From Candidatus Harrisonbacteria bacterium (GTDB lineage: Bacteria > Patescibacteriota > Minisyncoccia > UBA6257 > 02-FULL-45-10c), in NCBI GenBank assembly GCA_016214655.1, contig JACROC010000007.1, positions 14,785 to 78,784 of the forward strand: a DNA stretch of 64,000 nt. Reading direction: 5' to 3'. The notes beneath the pieces were generated by a model. That model searched no databases and had not been told where the DNA came from. It worked only from the letters and a program-made list of their open reading frames with translations. The first letter of the stretch is position 1; each line of letters opens with the position of its first letter. A program made the position numbers and the translations under genes. This document shows, piece by piece, positions 1 to 10,413 of the stretch.

Positions 1-55
1 ATAAAATTAATAGAACTTCCTGAATCATAAGATTTAATACTAATATAATAGTATC

Positions 56-436
56 ATGAAGCTGGCAATCCCAAAATTAAATATATCCGTCCAAAATTTT
101 TTGCGGCAATGCGGATATCAAGAAATCTCCAATCCGCATAAAGATAATGAAATCAGCCACGCCCGCAGCCTGGATTCTGGGCGATTCTATCCTAGATTTC
201 ATATTTATTTTGAGGAAAATAAAACTCAAACGATAATTGATCTGCACCTGGATGCAAAAAAACCCAGTTATGAAGGCTTTACGGCGCATAGCGGAGAATA
301 TGAAGGCGCGGTAGTGGAACAAGAAGCAAAAAGGATTAAAAAAATATCTGAAAAATCCATACCCCAAAAGCTGGCCGGTAAAATAGGGTTTCCGAAAACA
401 AAATCTCTTCTCCAAAAATTAAAGGACTGCTTCTAG
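56..436 (+). CDS. hypothetical protein
   Basis: 126-aa ORF; ends in a bidirectional hairpin terminator at 421-440; no recognisable motif. Confidence 0.35.
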   Translation: MKLAIPKLNISVQNFLRQCGYQEISNPHKDNEISHARSLDSGRFYPRFHIYFEENKTQTIIDLHLDAKKPSYEGFTAHSGEYEGAVVEQEAKRIKKISEKSIPQKLAGKIGFPKTKSLLQKLKDCF

Positions 437-440
437 CAGT
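421..440. terminator. bidirectional hairpin terminator
   Basis: ggactgcttctagcagtcc perfect inverted repeat between convergent genes. Confidence 0.4.
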
Positions 441-453
441 CCTTTATAAAATT

Positions 454-1566
454 TTAACGCGCCATCCGAGACAAATCACTCATCGTGCCCCAAAACATGA
501 GTAAAAGAAAAATTGCAATTCCAAAAGTTTGGGCGGACATCTTAACCCTCCGACTAACCGGCCTGCGTAATACCATTTCAATCATCAAGAAAAATATCCT
601 GCCGCCGTCTATAGGATAGATCGGGAGAAGATTCATGAAACCGATTCCGATATTCAAGACCGCCGCCATCAGGACAAAACTCCTGATTCCATCCTTAAAG
701 GCAAGGTAGAGTAATTGGAAAATACCGATTGGCCCCATCACTTCCTCGGAAGGCCGCTGGCGAGATTTTTCCCGATCACCTTTTCCACGGACCACCAAAT
801 TTTTAGCCAACTGCCAGAAAAATTTTACCTGAAGAACCGTCAAAAGAGTGGTCAATTTGACCGATTCTCTGACGGATTCCGTAAAACCAGATCGCTTAAT
901 AATATAGACCGGTTCAATCCCGATATACCGCAATTTGATATTCCCGAATTCTTTTAGCCCCGGTCTAACCTTCACAAAAAGAGTCTTTTTATTTCGTAAA
1001 ATTTCCAGACTCAAGATTTCTCCCTGACTATCTTTAATCTTTTTAGTTAAATCTTCCCAACCGCCAACCGCTTTACCATTAACACTTCTAATTTCATCGC
1101 CGACCAGAACTCCGGCAACGGCAGCTGGCGAATCTTGCAAAACCTTAGACACTTTATAAGTCGGCTCCTTAAAGCCAAGAAAATAATGCAAAGAAAAAAA
1201 CAATAAAGTTCCCAGCAAAAGATTGGCGATGCTGCCGGCGGCAATGATAATCATCTGCTTCCAGCGCGACTTTGATTCCAAAGATCCAGCAACATCTCGC
1301 GGATCCCCTTGATAACCGGATTGCAACAACTCGTCTTCGCTAAGCGGCTTTACGTATCCGCCGAGCGGAATCCAGCCGATAGCATACTCAGTCTCGCCGA
1401 TATTCTTACTGAAAAGAGCGCGCCCGAAGCCAATAGAATATTTAAGAACTTTAACGTCAAATATTTTAGCGCAAACCAAATGGGCAAACTCATGAAAGGC
1501 GATAATAAAACAAAACGTGAAAACGATGGCGACTACCGCTAAAAACAGTTCCATGCGAATCTCCAT
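454..1566 (-). CDS. rseP: RIP metalloprotease RseP/site-2 protease (M50 family)
   Basis: HEFAHLV zinc motif in TM1, PDZ-like middle region, C-terminal LDGG motif. Confidence 0.8.
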   Translation of the reverse strand: MEIRMELFLAVVAIVFTFCFIIAFHEFAHLVCAKIFDVKVLKYSIGFGRALFSKNIGETEYAIGWIPLGGYVKPLSEDELLQSGYQGDPRDVAGSLESKSRWKQMIIIAAGSIANLLLGTLLFFSLHYFLGFKEPTYKVSKVLQDSPAAVAGVLVGDEIRSVNGKAVGGWEDLTKKIKDSQGEILSLEILRNKKTLFVKVRPGLKEFGNIKLRYIGIEPVYIIKRSGFTESVRESVKLTTLLTVLQVKFFWQLAKNLVVRGKGDREKSRQRPSEEVMGPIGIFQLLYLAFKDGIRSFVLMAAVLNIGIGFMNLLPIYPIDGGRIFFLMIEMVLRRPVSRRVKMSAQTFGIAIFLLLMFWGTMSDLSRMAR

Positions 1567-1627
1567 TATTCAATTTTCAAAGATTAACTATAAAGTAAAG
1601 TAAATCTATGGTCTGGTCAACTAAAAA

Positions 1628-1655
1628 TAAAAACCGCCTTGAGGCGGTTATTTTC
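1628..1655 (-). terminator. rho-independent terminator
   Basis: aaaaaccgccttgaggcggttatttt hairpin plus T-run on minus strand after methyltransferase gene. Confidence 0.5.
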
Positions 1656-2304
1656 TGATACAGCGATACAGGGATGTATTACCATCTTTTTTAACAGTTA
1701 CTGAAAAGTAAGTATCTAAGATATCTGCAAGATAATCCGGCGACAACCAGCGGAAAGATGTAATGTGGCAAGGCAGCCCCTCTCTTTTCTGGACATGATG
1801 CACCAAATCCCCGACTAACCAGCTGACTTCAAGAAATTTTTTCCCATCAATTTCATATTTCTTAATCATTGGTTTTTCTGGAGGTTTACGGTTAAAAGTA
1901 TTGAACACAAACACCCCGCCTTCAGCTAAAACATCAGCCACAAGCTTCGCTGTATTATCATTCAACCAATAATTAACAGCTTGCTGGCAAAAAATACAAT
2001 CAAAGTACCTGCCTCTTTCCATAAACTCTTCAAGTTGCGACTCGACTGTATTAATAAATACTTTTATCTTCGAATGAAGCCGCGCCTTATTACTCACCAT
2101 CGCCCTTTCTCGATCAATCAGACAAACTGATTTAGCTCCCAACTTAACTACCACCAAAGATAGCCGGCCATCGCCGCCGCATAAATCCAAAACATTTTTC
2201 CCAGCAACCAAACCGGCAATCTTAATTAACTTTTCAGCCGGACGACCCTCATAAAATCTCCGGTAAAGTCTTCTATAAGTTTTATGATCGGGATAGCTTT
2301 CCAT
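1648..2304 (-). CDS. class I SAM-dependent methyltransferase
   Basis: VLDLCGGDGRLS motif I; likely start at MESYPDHK because the longer ORF overlaps the upstream gene. Confidence 0.6.
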   Translation of the reverse strand: MESYPDHKTYRRLYRRFYEGRPAEKLIKIAGLVAGKNVLDLCGGDGRLSLVVVKLGAKSVCLIDRERAMVSNKARLHSKIKVFINTVESQLEEFMERGRYFDCIFCQQAVNYWLNDNTAKLVADVLAEGGVFVFNTFNRKPPEKPMIKKYEIDGKKFLEVSWLVGDLVHHVQKREGLPCHITSFRWLSPDYLADILDTYFSVTVKKDGNTSLYRCIRK

Positions 2305-2305
2305 T

Positions 2306-3400
2306 TTATAATCTCCGGCCGTCTTTATTAAACAAAAGCATACATCCATGTCCTTTGATATTGAAAGAGATATCATTTCTTCTATTCGTATCCCGGGCAG
2401 TTCCAGGCGGAGCATAAAGTAACGTTGGCAAACCGGATTCCTGCTGATGATAATGTACGATACTATCTACTTCTGAATTTTCAAAAATTTTTGCGAGTAG
2501 CGGGGCATTTAAACTTGCCTTCATTAATCCGGCAACAACTACTTCTCGCCTCTCATGATCAACCCCCAAGACATTAACCAAGGTATCCAACTCTCGTTTG
2601 CCGCGGCCGGTAGTTAAAAATCCTGATTTATGCCGGATAGCAATCGTACCAAATACAATTCCATTTTCCACGGCTTTAAACTTGGAAGAAAATTGATTCA
2701 TTGAATTCCTGATCTGTGATTGAGCATTTTCAGAAATAGCTTGCTCATCAACTAGGTGAGTGTGATAATACTCATCATTAACCATTTGCCAAACCCATTC
2801 TGCCAACTCCTGCTGCATAACAGGATGCACTCCTCTTTCTTTTGTAACGGCATATTTCTGCATAAGTCTTATGGTATCATTCGCAAAAACAACCCCCGCT
2901 CCTGAAGCCAGCAACACCTCATAAGCGGCGCGTATTAACTCCTCATGTTTGACATTAGAAAGCAATTTAAACCCAAACAAATGCGCGCGCGGAGCAACTT
3001 TCTTTACTTCATCAATAATCCTGGGCGCAATAGTAAAGTTAATCGGTATAATATCTCCGGGCTTAAAATTATGGCTGGGAAATTTGTCCCTAAACGGTTC
3101 CAATGGAATAAGATTGGCAACTGCAGCGCCAAGAACAACTGCATCCATTTTGGGAGCCAGCTCAAGAACAATGCGCCGATAATCTGCTATTCCGCTATGT
3201 TCATAAATCAAAAGATTGGGTTTAGAAAATGGCTTCTTTATTCCTAAATGAGAAGCGCAAACATAACTCACCTTCGCATCCTTCAAAAGCAGCTGGTCCG
3301 CCAGCTCGGCGATCAGGCCGCCCCGGAAACGATTGGTAATTATCTTTACCGCATCCAAATGAGCATGAACCGGCCCGGCGGTAATCAAAATATTTTTCAT
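2306..3400 (-). CDS. CoaB/DFP-like flavoprotein-family domain protein with an unidentified C-terminal domain
   Basis: N-terminal ILITAGPVHAHLDAVKIITNRFRGG resembles the phosphopantothenate-cysteine ligase (CoaB) signature ITAGPT.E.ID.VR.I.N; C-terminal half unassigned. Confidence 0.4.
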   Translation of the reverse strand: MKNILITAGPVHAHLDAVKIITNRFRGGLIAELADQLLLKDAKVSYVCASHLGIKKPFSKPNLLIYEHSGIADYRRIVLELAPKMDAVVLGAAVANLIPLEPFRDKFPSHNFKPGDIIPINFTIAPRIIDEVKKVAPRAHLFGFKLLSNVKHEELIRAAYEVLLASGAGVVFANDTIRLMQKYAVTKERGVHPVMQQELAEWVWQMVNDEYYHTHLVDEQAISENAQSQIRNSMNQFSSKFKAVENGIVFGTIAIRHKSGFLTTGRGKRELDTLVNVLGVDHERREVVVAGLMKASLNAPLLAKIFENSEVDSIVHYHQQESGLPTLLYAPPGTARDTNRRNDISFNIKGHGCMLLFNKDGRRL

Positions 3401-3506
3401 CTTGAACCCCCTTACTCATATTCATTTTTGAAAGTGCGCTTATATACTACTTTAAAAAGTAATAGAGGGTCAAATTATGGTTAGTAAAAAACCGCCTTAG
3501 TGTGAC

Positions 3507-4694
3507 TTAAATTTTTTCTAGTGCTTGAGCGAGATCCTCAACTAAATCCTGGAAATATTCGCGGCCGACGGATAACCTTATAGTACCAGATGAAATGCCG
3601 GCCTTTTTTAATTCTTTAGGCGTCAACTGACCGTGAGTCGTAGTAGCCGGATGAATGACTAATGATCTTGCTTCACCGATATTTGCGGCATGCCAAAAGA
3701 GTTTGAGCGATTCGAGAACGATTTTTGCCTTTTTTAATCCACCCCTTACTTCAAAAGCCATCAATCCACCAAAGCCTTTTGGCATAAGACGCTTATTGAT
3801 TTTTTTGCGGTCGCCGTATTCAGGATAAAAAACTCTGCTGACTTTAGGATGACGAGAAAGAAATTTAGCAATAATCGAAGCGTTGCGACAGTGTTCCTTC
3901 ATACGACCAAAAAGTGATTCAATATGATAGCATAAAATCGCGGCATTGTCCGGAGAAATACACGGACCCGTATCGCGAAACCATCCTGTGCGCACTTCGT
4001 CTATCAATCGTTTTTTTCCTAGAATAGCACCGCCAATTACCTCACCATCACCCATATATTTGGAAAGTGAGTGAATAACGATATCGGCGCCAAGCTTAAT
4101 CGGCTGCAAAAGCGACGGAGTAGCTAAAGTATTATCCACCACCAAAGGAAGTTTGTGTTCGTGGGCTAAATTAGCTAATGATTTGATATCAAAAATGTCT
4201 AAAATTGGATTAGACGGATTTTCAACGTATAAAAATTTAGTATTGGGTTGAATGGCTTTTACCCAAGATTTTTCCTCAAATGGATTTTCTACGAAACTGA
4301 CTTTAATTCCAAGAGCGGGCAGGCGTTCTCGAAATAAATGAAATGTGCCACCGTAAATGCGATTGGATGCGACAATATGGCCGCCGGAATGAGCCAAATG
4401 TAAGGCTATTAGTTCAATCGCCGCCATCCCCGAAGAAGTGGCTAAACCAGCTTCGGCGCCCTCCAAAACTGCGAGCCGTTTTTCCAATTTATCTACAGTA
4501 GGATTATTAATGCGAGTATAAATAAATCCCTCTTCGGTTCCGGAGAAAAGCCGTTGGGCACGATCAAAAGAACCCAGAGAAAAAGCAATAACTCGATACA
4601 ATCCTGGCCGGATTTCCGAATCGGTTAAGGACCCACCACCATGAATCTCTAAAGTTTTTGAATGTAATCTTTTAGTAATATCCTTTTTGGCCAT
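3507..4694 (-). CDS. Cys/Met-metabolism PLP-dependent enzyme (O-acetylhomoserine sulfhydrylase / methionine gamma-lyase family)
   Basis: 395 aa; SLSKYMGDGEVIGG with PLP-binding lysine; fold-type I architecture. Confidence 0.75.
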   Translation of the reverse strand: MAKKDITKRLHSKTLEIHGGGSLTDSEIRPGLYRVIAFSLGSFDRAQRLFSGTEEGFIYTRINNPTVDKLEKRLAVLEGAEAGLATSSGMAAIELIALHLAHSGGHIVASNRIYGGTFHLFRERLPALGIKVSFVENPFEEKSWVKAIQPNTKFLYVENPSNPILDIFDIKSLANLAHEHKLPLVVDNTLATPSLLQPIKLGADIVIHSLSKYMGDGEVIGGAILGKKRLIDEVRTGWFRDTGPCISPDNAAILCYHIESLFGRMKEHCRNASIIAKFLSRHPKVSRVFYPEYGDRKKINKRLMPKGFGGLMAFEVRGGLKKAKIVLESLKLFWHAANIGEARSLVIHPATTTHGQLTPKELKKAGISSGTIRLSVGREYFQDLVEDLAQALEKI

Positions 4695-4766
4695 TTTTCA
4701 ATTATATCACAAACAAAAAACCGTGAATTTCTATCACGATTTTTCCTAAATAATCTGGTTCGATAG

Positions 4767-4955
4767 TTACTTACATTTGCAATTACTTTCCGCCTCTTTG
4801 CATTTCTTGCATCTTACTTGCATCATTGCTCCGTCTTTGCATTTCTGCCAATGCGCCGGATCAAAAACTGACGCCGCTTCTCCGCATTTTGGGCACCTGA
4901 AACCTTCGCCCTCTCCGCCGCATAAATCGCAATGTTTGGATGAATAAATCGGCAT
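4767..4955 (-). CDS. small Cys-rich protein (zinc-ribbon / metallothionein-like)
   Basis: 62 aa with paired CxxC motifs (CDLCGG, CPKCG, CKKCK, CKCK); terminator hairpin at 4718-4745. Confidence 0.4.
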   Translation of the reverse strand: MPIYSSKHCDLCGGEGEGFRCPKCGEAASVFDPAHWQKCKDGAMMQVRCKKCKEAESNCKCK

Positions 4956-5006
4956 ATATTAATTTTAACCTAAAATTTTAAACCCGCCTAGGAGGCGGGT
5001 TACAAA

Positions 5007-6236
5007 TTATACAAAAAATGAGAGTTCTGATTTGGTCCGCGTAGTGTGCTGGACCGGAAACTCTGTCATCACAAAACGCATAGCCGAGAGAAGTACGCCG
5101 GGATTCTGGTAAACTTTTAACTCAATGATACAACCCGCTTCCTGATTCCCAAGCGGCGTATCAATAGCTGCATATAATGTCTCATCTTCATTAAGAAAGA
5201 CGGTCCGCTGAAAAGATATTTCTTTCTGCTGATGATCTGCCCGGATAAGCTGCTGAACCTCTGGCGGAAGGCTAGCCGCGGAATCCGGCATATCCTCTTC
5301 ATTAATAAACCAGTAAAACTTGTCTTTTCGAACCGGGAAATAACGGAATTGGTCCAGCTCCGCTATTACTTCCTCCTGAGGACGAGCGTAGACCACCTGG
5401 ACGGTTTGCATATGGCCGGTAGAAGTCATTTTTGTAAGACGCGTAACCAAAGTACCGCTCCGAGGACCAAGCATGCGTCTCCGCAATCGGACAACTGGCG
5501 CACGACCGGAAAAATCAGGTAGATTATTCTTGAAATACCTGTCGTGATAATTGAGACGCGCCATCAGCTTGAGGCCCAAACCAGATTGCAATTGTGAAAT
5601 TATTCCTTCCCGCTCTGCTTGAGACCGGATAAGAAACCGTGCCTCGTAGTAACTGGCCACATTAAATCCGGCTTTTGCCGTGCGCCGCTTAAATAAAGCA
5701 TATCGCGCTTCGGTTACACCAACCTCAAGCCAAGCAACCATGACAACCGCGACCAAAAAACTGGACGACGTCATCAGCCACACCGGAATCCCGGGATAAA
5801 ACGAAAGACCGAAAAACAAAAATATGTAAATAGGGTCGTGAACGAGAATATCTTCCATAAGGCTGACTGAGCCGCTCCTGAGTGCCTGCATGAAATATGA
5901 GAGAAGCGGCTTACGTTCCTGCGGCGATACTTCACGATAGCGCTGCATCGCTTCATGAATATGCGCCGGGAAAAATCCGATCTTCTCAATAATAGGACCG
6001 ACAAATGCCAGGATTAATGTCGATGTCGTAATAAAACCAGCTAAAGTCGTCCCCACAACGCTGATCGCAAGCGCAATCATCTCATCCCTGCCGAATCGCT
6101 TGAATACGTTCCAAAACGGGCTTCCCGGAAGCCGGATCATTTCATTATCGTGATGATCAGTATGCCGGCAACCACGCGAATGACTGTGATCCTGCATGCA
6201 ACCTCCCGAAGTAAACGAACTAAAAAGATTATGCAA
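5007..6236 (-). CDS. membrane protein with His-rich N-terminus, unknown function
   Basis: 409 aa; N-terminal HSHSRGCRHTDHHD metal-binding-like stretch; several TM helices; terminator 4981-5003. Confidence 0.5.
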   Translation of the reverse strand: MHNLFSSFTSGGCMQDHSHSRGCRHTDHHDNEMIRLPGSPFWNVFKRFGRDEMIALAISVVGTTLAGFITTSTLILAFVGPIIEKIGFFPAHIHEAMQRYREVSPQERKPLLSYFMQALRSGSVSLMEDILVHDPIYIFLFFGLSFYPGIPVWLMTSSSFLVAVVMVAWLEVGVTEARYALFKRRTAKAGFNVASYYEARFLIRSQAEREGIISQLQSGLGLKLMARLNYHDRYFKNNLPDFSGRAPVVRLRRRMLGPRSGTLVTRLTKMTSTGHMQTVQVVYARPQEEVIAELDQFRYFPVRKDKFYWFINEEDMPDSAASLPPEVQQLIRADHQQKEISFQRTVFLNEDETLYAAIDTPLGNQEAGCIIELKVYQNPGVLLSAMRFVMTEFPVQHTTRTKSELSFFV

Positions 6237-6349
6237 TAAAAATCATCCTGCGTCAATTCTAATAGGTCGGCATTCAAAAAAACCGCCGCAGCTGACGCTG
6301 TGGCGGAAAAAAATTTCAACTCTTCACTGTTTTCGGAAGATATGAAGTC

Positions 6350-6616
6350 TCATGAAGCACTATAACATATAAGCCAGTCCATTAGCTTTTTCCGATGCAT
6401 ATCAACCGACCACTCGTCGCCCTTTTTAAAAAGAGACGGGTGCGTTAATTTGAACTCTCTCAATACTGCAAATGACGCCTTAGGAAAACCATAGGGAATA
6501 TTTTCATTATAGTTCTTTCTAAATATAGCGAGGGTAGTTCTTATTTGATTAAGCTCCAGTTGATTATCTTTATTCTTCATATTATCTAAAATACCACAAA
6601 AGGAACTTAAAATCAA
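6350..6616 (-). CDS. hypothetical protein
   Basis: 88-aa ORF with a bidirectional terminator downstream (6278-6318). Confidence 0.35.
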   Translation of the reverse strand: MILSSFCGILDNMKNKDNQLELNQIRTTLAIFRKNYNENIPYGFPKASFAVLREFKLTHPSLFKKGDEWSVDMHRKKLMDWLICYSAS

Positions 6617-6635
6617 TTTTTGAAATAACTATAAA

Positions 6636-7082
6636 TTATTTGGAGAGGCTTTTAAAAACCTCACTGGGCTTCATATATTCGCTGGTTATTTTAGAAATCA
6701 AAAGCTCACCCCCGGCATCAAAGTTATGCGATGCATCATTAGTTACATCAGCTACATGGGGCCCGCATTCATCTCTCACCTGAATAGTAACCGGCACCAA
6801 CTCAATGCCATTTTTATAAAATAGTTGAATGCGATGATTTCCAGACTCTAGCCGAAACTTTTTATTTCGTACACCAACCCTCACAATCAGCGGATCACGT
6901 AACCCATTTTCGCATATACTTTTCCAAAGAATGTTTAAATCCGCCGGAGTGCCGTCATTTAAATGCGTCATCGGAGATATGTCGGATCCTCGATATCTCC
7001 AAACCCAAGCTGTCGGAATTAATTCAACCTTACCTCGTTTATACAGCAAATGATTTTTCCAAAGTGGTTTTATATTCATCAT
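6636..7082 (-). CDS. hypothetical protein, possible ParB-like nuclease domain
   Basis: 148 aa; LESGNHRIQL resembles the ParB/Srx GxHR motif; weak. Confidence 0.3.
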   Translation of the reverse strand: MMNIKPLWKNHLLYKRGKVELIPTAWVWRYRGSDISPMTHLNDGTPADLNILWKSICENGLRDPLIVRVGVRNKKFRLESGNHRIQLFYKNGIELVPVTIQVRDECGPHVADVTNDASHNFDAGGELLISKITSEYMKPSEVFKSLSK

Positions 7083-7134
7083 ATAAATACTAAATTTAAA
7101 GCACTAACAAGTAAAGCAAATTGATACCTGAATT

Positions 7135-8037
7135 ATGTGTCAATTTGGGATTTTAAAAAGTCTGTGGTATTTCTTAATTATGGTATTAATAAATAAAAAA
7201 AACGGTTTGACGACAATTTCGCTTATCGGCTTTTTGTTGTCCGCGTTTGCCCTTCCGGTATTCGCCCAAATACTTCCCGGCGCTCATGATGTTTCTCCGG
7301 AACTCCAAAAGATTCCGGAAGTTACCACCTCAAAAGAAACTGGCCGTGATGCTAAATCGTACTGTAACGCAATAACGCCGCCGGATTCTCAAAAAAATTG
7401 TTGCATCCCGGAAAGAAATTACGGGGTCGGCTGGCCAGATTGTGAATATGCCGTAATCAAAGCCAGCGGCCAGCAAGCTGGCCTTATCCCGACAAAAAAA
7501 TTTGCAGATCCCAGCCAGCAAAACTATTATAATCTCCAGATTCAATATTTAAACAGGTGTTTCTCTCTCGGAAAAATCTCTGCTGATAACAAGTGTTTTA
7601 ACGAAAGTCCGGAAATTAAACAGCAACAGCAGATCAGCCGGGCGGCTGAGGATAAATTCGATTGCTCCAAAACAACTACCGATGCCGAGTCCAGTGCTTG
7701 CTTCGATTCAAGAAATCAAGCGAGTCGAGAACTTTTCGGAATTGCAAGAGAAGCGAATAAGGACTGGGATGCCTGGCGGAAAGAAACTGTAGATAAGGCT
7801 GCATCCATACAAACCAAAAAACAAGCTGGGCAAAAACCGCAAGAAGTAAAAAGGGCTGAAAAAACAACTGAAGCAGTGACGAAAACTCCGCCGGCCACGC
7901 AACAAACTACAGAACAACCGGCGCCAACACAACAACCATCGCCAGCCCCGAGGTTCAGACTTATAGAATCATTTTACGGAAAAATAACATTGCCGCTAAA
8001 AGATTTTTTCAGGAAAATATTCAGATTTGGAAGATAA
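7135..8037 (+). CDS. secreted Cys-rich protein with low-complexity T/Q/P-rich C-terminus
   Basis: N-terminal TM/signal segment; multiple Cys pairs; TQQTTEQPAPTQQPSPAP tail. Confidence 0.5.
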   Translation: MCQFGILKSLWYFLIMVLINKKNGLTTISLIGFLLSAFALPVFAQILPGAHDVSPELQKIPEVTTSKETGRDAKSYCNAITPPDSQKNCCIPERNYGVGWPDCEYAVIKASGQQAGLIPTKKFADPSQQNYYNLQIQYLNRCFSLGKISADNKCFNESPEIKQQQQISRAAEDKFDCSKTTTDAESSACFDSRNQASRELFGIAREANKDWDAWRKETVDKAASIQTKKQAGQKPQEVKRAEKTTEAVTKTPPATQQTTEQPAPTQQPSPAPRFRLIESFYGKITLPLKDFFRKIFRFGR

Positions 8038-8046
8038 GAATTGGTT

Positions 8047-8466
8047 TTATTTTAGGAAAGCCTGAATATTTTTCACGATATCTACAACTTCATCAACGTT
8101 TTCTTTAGAAATAAGTTGGGAAGGATTCTTTGCTCTGATACTTTCCGCAACAATTTTAATTCTTTTCAACAATTCGGTCTTTGTTTCTTCTGGAATCTCC
8201 CCGGCTTCCGGCGCTCTCCTCAAAAAAGCTTCACCCATTATCAATGGAGTCGAAAGGGTATTGGCCCGATACTTGCTCTCTTTGCTTCTTTCGTAATTTT
8301 CGATATCTTCCTTACTTTGGGTGCGCTCGCTTATTTCTCGTAATTTAAGTTGCTCTTCATATGGAAGTCCGGGTGACTCGGGGATATTAATAAATTCCTC
8401 AAGCCTTTTCTTGGTTGAATCATATAGTCCTGAATTTTTTTCAATTGTCGGTTGCTCAAAGCTCAT
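8047..8466 (-). CDS. hypothetical protein
   Basis: 139-aa charged ORF. Confidence 0.45.
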   Translation of the reverse strand: MSFEQPTIEKNSGLYDSTKKRLEEFINIPESPGLPYEEQLKLREISERTQSKEDIENYERSKESKYRANTLSTPLIMGEAFLRRAPEAGEIPEETKTELLKRIKIVAESIRAKNPSQLISKENVDEVVDIVKNIQAFLK

Positions 8467-8497
8467 ATATCACTATATTTAAAATTTACGCGATTCT

Positions 8498-9244
8498 TTA
8501 TCCCGATATCGCCCCTTGATAGTCCTTTTTTATAGCTTCAATAAAGTTGTGGTCCATTTTTTGTGTTTTTTCATTGAGCTTATAGTACGAAAGATGGTCA
8601 TTTGCAAAATTTTCTTTCAATTTGCCTGGTACAATATAAGCTTGAAACTCTTCGGGGGAAGCGAACTTATTTGGATCTAAATACACAAGCAGATCTGCCT
8701 CGTTCTTATATTCCAGATTATCCTTTTTCCACCGTTCATGAATCATATTCCCAACTTGGTCAGTATCGAATTGACCGCTCTCATAAGCTAAGAGGGCCAC
8801 CTCAACAGAAGCATTGTTGGCAGCTTGCCACTTCGGAGGCAAATCCTCGTAAGGGATATTTGCGATATCAATCATCGCGTTTTCTTGGCCAGTCTTTGGA
8901 TCTGTTTCCCGACGAATCTGGTCTTTATACTTCAACTCATGTTCTGGAGTAAGCCATTCGGGATTTTTAACGGGCCGAAATCTCGGCACAAACCTGCCGC
9001 GTTCATCTTTTGGATTATTATTTTCTAAAAAGCTGTAGTGTGCCTTTTCCCCAGCCTTTTTTATAAATTGTTCCTTGTGTTCTCCTTTAAGCTTTGGATC
9101 CTCTTCAATCAGCTTATTCACGCCCTCTTCGGTCTCTTTTAGCATCTTTTTCTGTAACTCTGAAAAATCTCTTCCCCGACGCGTATCCGCGGACTTTTTT
9201 GGTTCATTTAAAGAAGGGTCAGGTCGCTCAAAATTAAATTTCAT
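8498..9244 (-). CDS. hypothetical protein
   Basis: 248-aa ORF; junction repeat variant 2 lies immediately upstream at 9294-9333. Confidence 0.5.
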   Translation of the reverse strand: MKFNFERPDPSLNEPKKSADTRRGRDFSELQKKMLKETEEGVNKLIEEDPKLKGEHKEQFIKKAGEKAHYSFLENNNPKDERGRFVPRFRPVKNPEWLTPEHELKYKDQIRRETDPKTGQENAMIDIANIPYEDLPPKWQAANNASVEVALLAYESGQFDTDQVGNMIHERWKKDNLEYKNEADLLVYLDPNKFASPEEFQAYIVPGKLKENFANDHLSYYKLNEKTQKMDHNFIEAIKKDYQGAISG

Positions 9245-9293
9245 AATATTTATAATAACATATTTGTTTATTGCTAATAAGTTGGCAATTTTT

Positions 9294-9333
9294 AGAAACC
9301 CAGGTCGACAACTGGATCAGATTACCTGCCCGC
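9294..9333 (+). repeat. cassette-junction repeat, variant 2 (aacccaggtcgacaactggatcagattacctgcccg)
   Basis: shares CAACTGGATCAGATTACCTGCCCG with copy at 11147; AATCTG/CAGATT-type dyad. Confidence 0.6.
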
Positions 9334-9426
9334 AATGCTAGCGCAAGTGTTGCAGGCGGGGAACCTGTTTGGTTTAAAAAGAAAAAGCCAGTTGTTCTTA
9401 ACAACTGGCAAATATAATGTTCGGCA

Positions 9427-10230
9427 TCAGCCGATAGCAACTTTGGCGTCCGCTTTGTAGAGTTTCTTCTGCTCTTTTAAGTCTTTCGGCCAGCACCTAA
9501 TGACATCTTCAATCATATCGAGGGCGGTGCGAAAGTCGCCGTAAATCGACTGGATGCCAGCATTCAAGCAGAGTGGGTCACCGTCTTCGCCAACAAAGGA
9601 GACAGTCGATTCGTTGCAATATACCTCACCATCCTTTTTGTAGTAACTGTCCTTGCTCTTATCTATGCATCTGGCAAAGGTGAACATAATGCGGCCCGCC
9701 ATAATAAATGTACGAAGTTGGGTCTCGCCAAACTTACCGCTCATTCCTCTCTTATCACATTTGTCAGCCATTTCTCCTAATCCTCGGCGATACACGAGCC
9801 GCAAGAACTTGTCGAAAGTCTGTTGGAGAACATACTTTTGGGCGTTGCAGTAAGTATTAAGCTGGTGCTCGACCCAATCTTGACCCGTTATCTCTTTCAG
9901 CATAAAGCCAAGCGTAGTCTGTACTGCAGAGCCTTGGTCAAGAAGATTGCTCGCTCCGAGGTCTGTAATGTTGGGAACTTCGTGCCCAGTTTCCAACTCA
10001 TAAGCCTGACGGAAATAAACAGCCCGATCATCAGTTCCCGTTCGCAGCTGTTCAAAGGCATCAACCATTAATTCTGGGAGATATGATTCAATACTCCAGA
10101 AATCATACTTCTCATCGTTTGGAATGTTCAAATTCTCGAGGTAGTGAACGAGGAAATTGGCGAAGGCTCGCTGCCCCTTCCATTGTGCAGTAAACCTCTT
10201 TAAGCCGACAACCAGCTCTTTCTTGTGCAT
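9427..10230 (-). CDS. hypothetical protein (cassette gene)
   Basis: 267 aa; ATG preceded by conserved leader and GGAGG. Confidence 0.55.
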   Translation of the reverse strand: MHKKELVVGLKRFTAQWKGQRAFANFLVHYLENLNIPNDEKYDFWSIESYLPELMVDAFEQLRTGTDDRAVYFRQAYELETGHEVPNITDLGASNLLDQGSAVQTTLGFMLKEITGQDWVEHQLNTYCNAQKYVLQQTFDKFLRLVYRRGLGEMADKCDKRGMSGKFGETQLRTFIMAGRIMFTFARCIDKSKDSYYKKDGEVYCNESTVSFVGEDGDPLCLNAGIQSIYGDFRTALDMIEDVIRCWPKDLKEQKKLYKADAKVAIG

Positions 10231-10300
10231 TCGTATTCCTCCTTTTTCAATGAACGTTAACTGCTAAAATAGATTAATAAAAAACTAAAATAAAGTCAAA
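10231..10300 (-). promoter_or_regulatory. conserved cassette promoter and 5'-UTR module
   Basis: minus strand: TTGACT-17-TAATCT then tttagcagttaacgttcattgaaaaaggagg ATG. Confidence 0.6.
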
Positions 10301-10413
10301 TCGCCGGGCGAATTCTCGTTTGATGAGATGTCGTCGTAGAAGATGCCGGGACTTATTTGGTGAGAATATACAATAAAGACCCGATATGAATCGGGTCTAT
10401 TGAAAAAATATCT

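Noticed and set aside
77-415. Antisense and overlapping ORFs in the six-frame track
   Set aside because: Examples are 77..415(-), 715..957, 1047..1244, 2945..3247, 5117..5302, 7330..7935, 11444..11771, 17285..17841, 38339..38653, 39455..39694, 44189..44518, 46120..46610, 50599..51037, 59562..60263 and 60581..61104. Each lies inside and antisense or out of frame to a longer ORF with a recognisable family signature or better start context. They were treated as non-coding.
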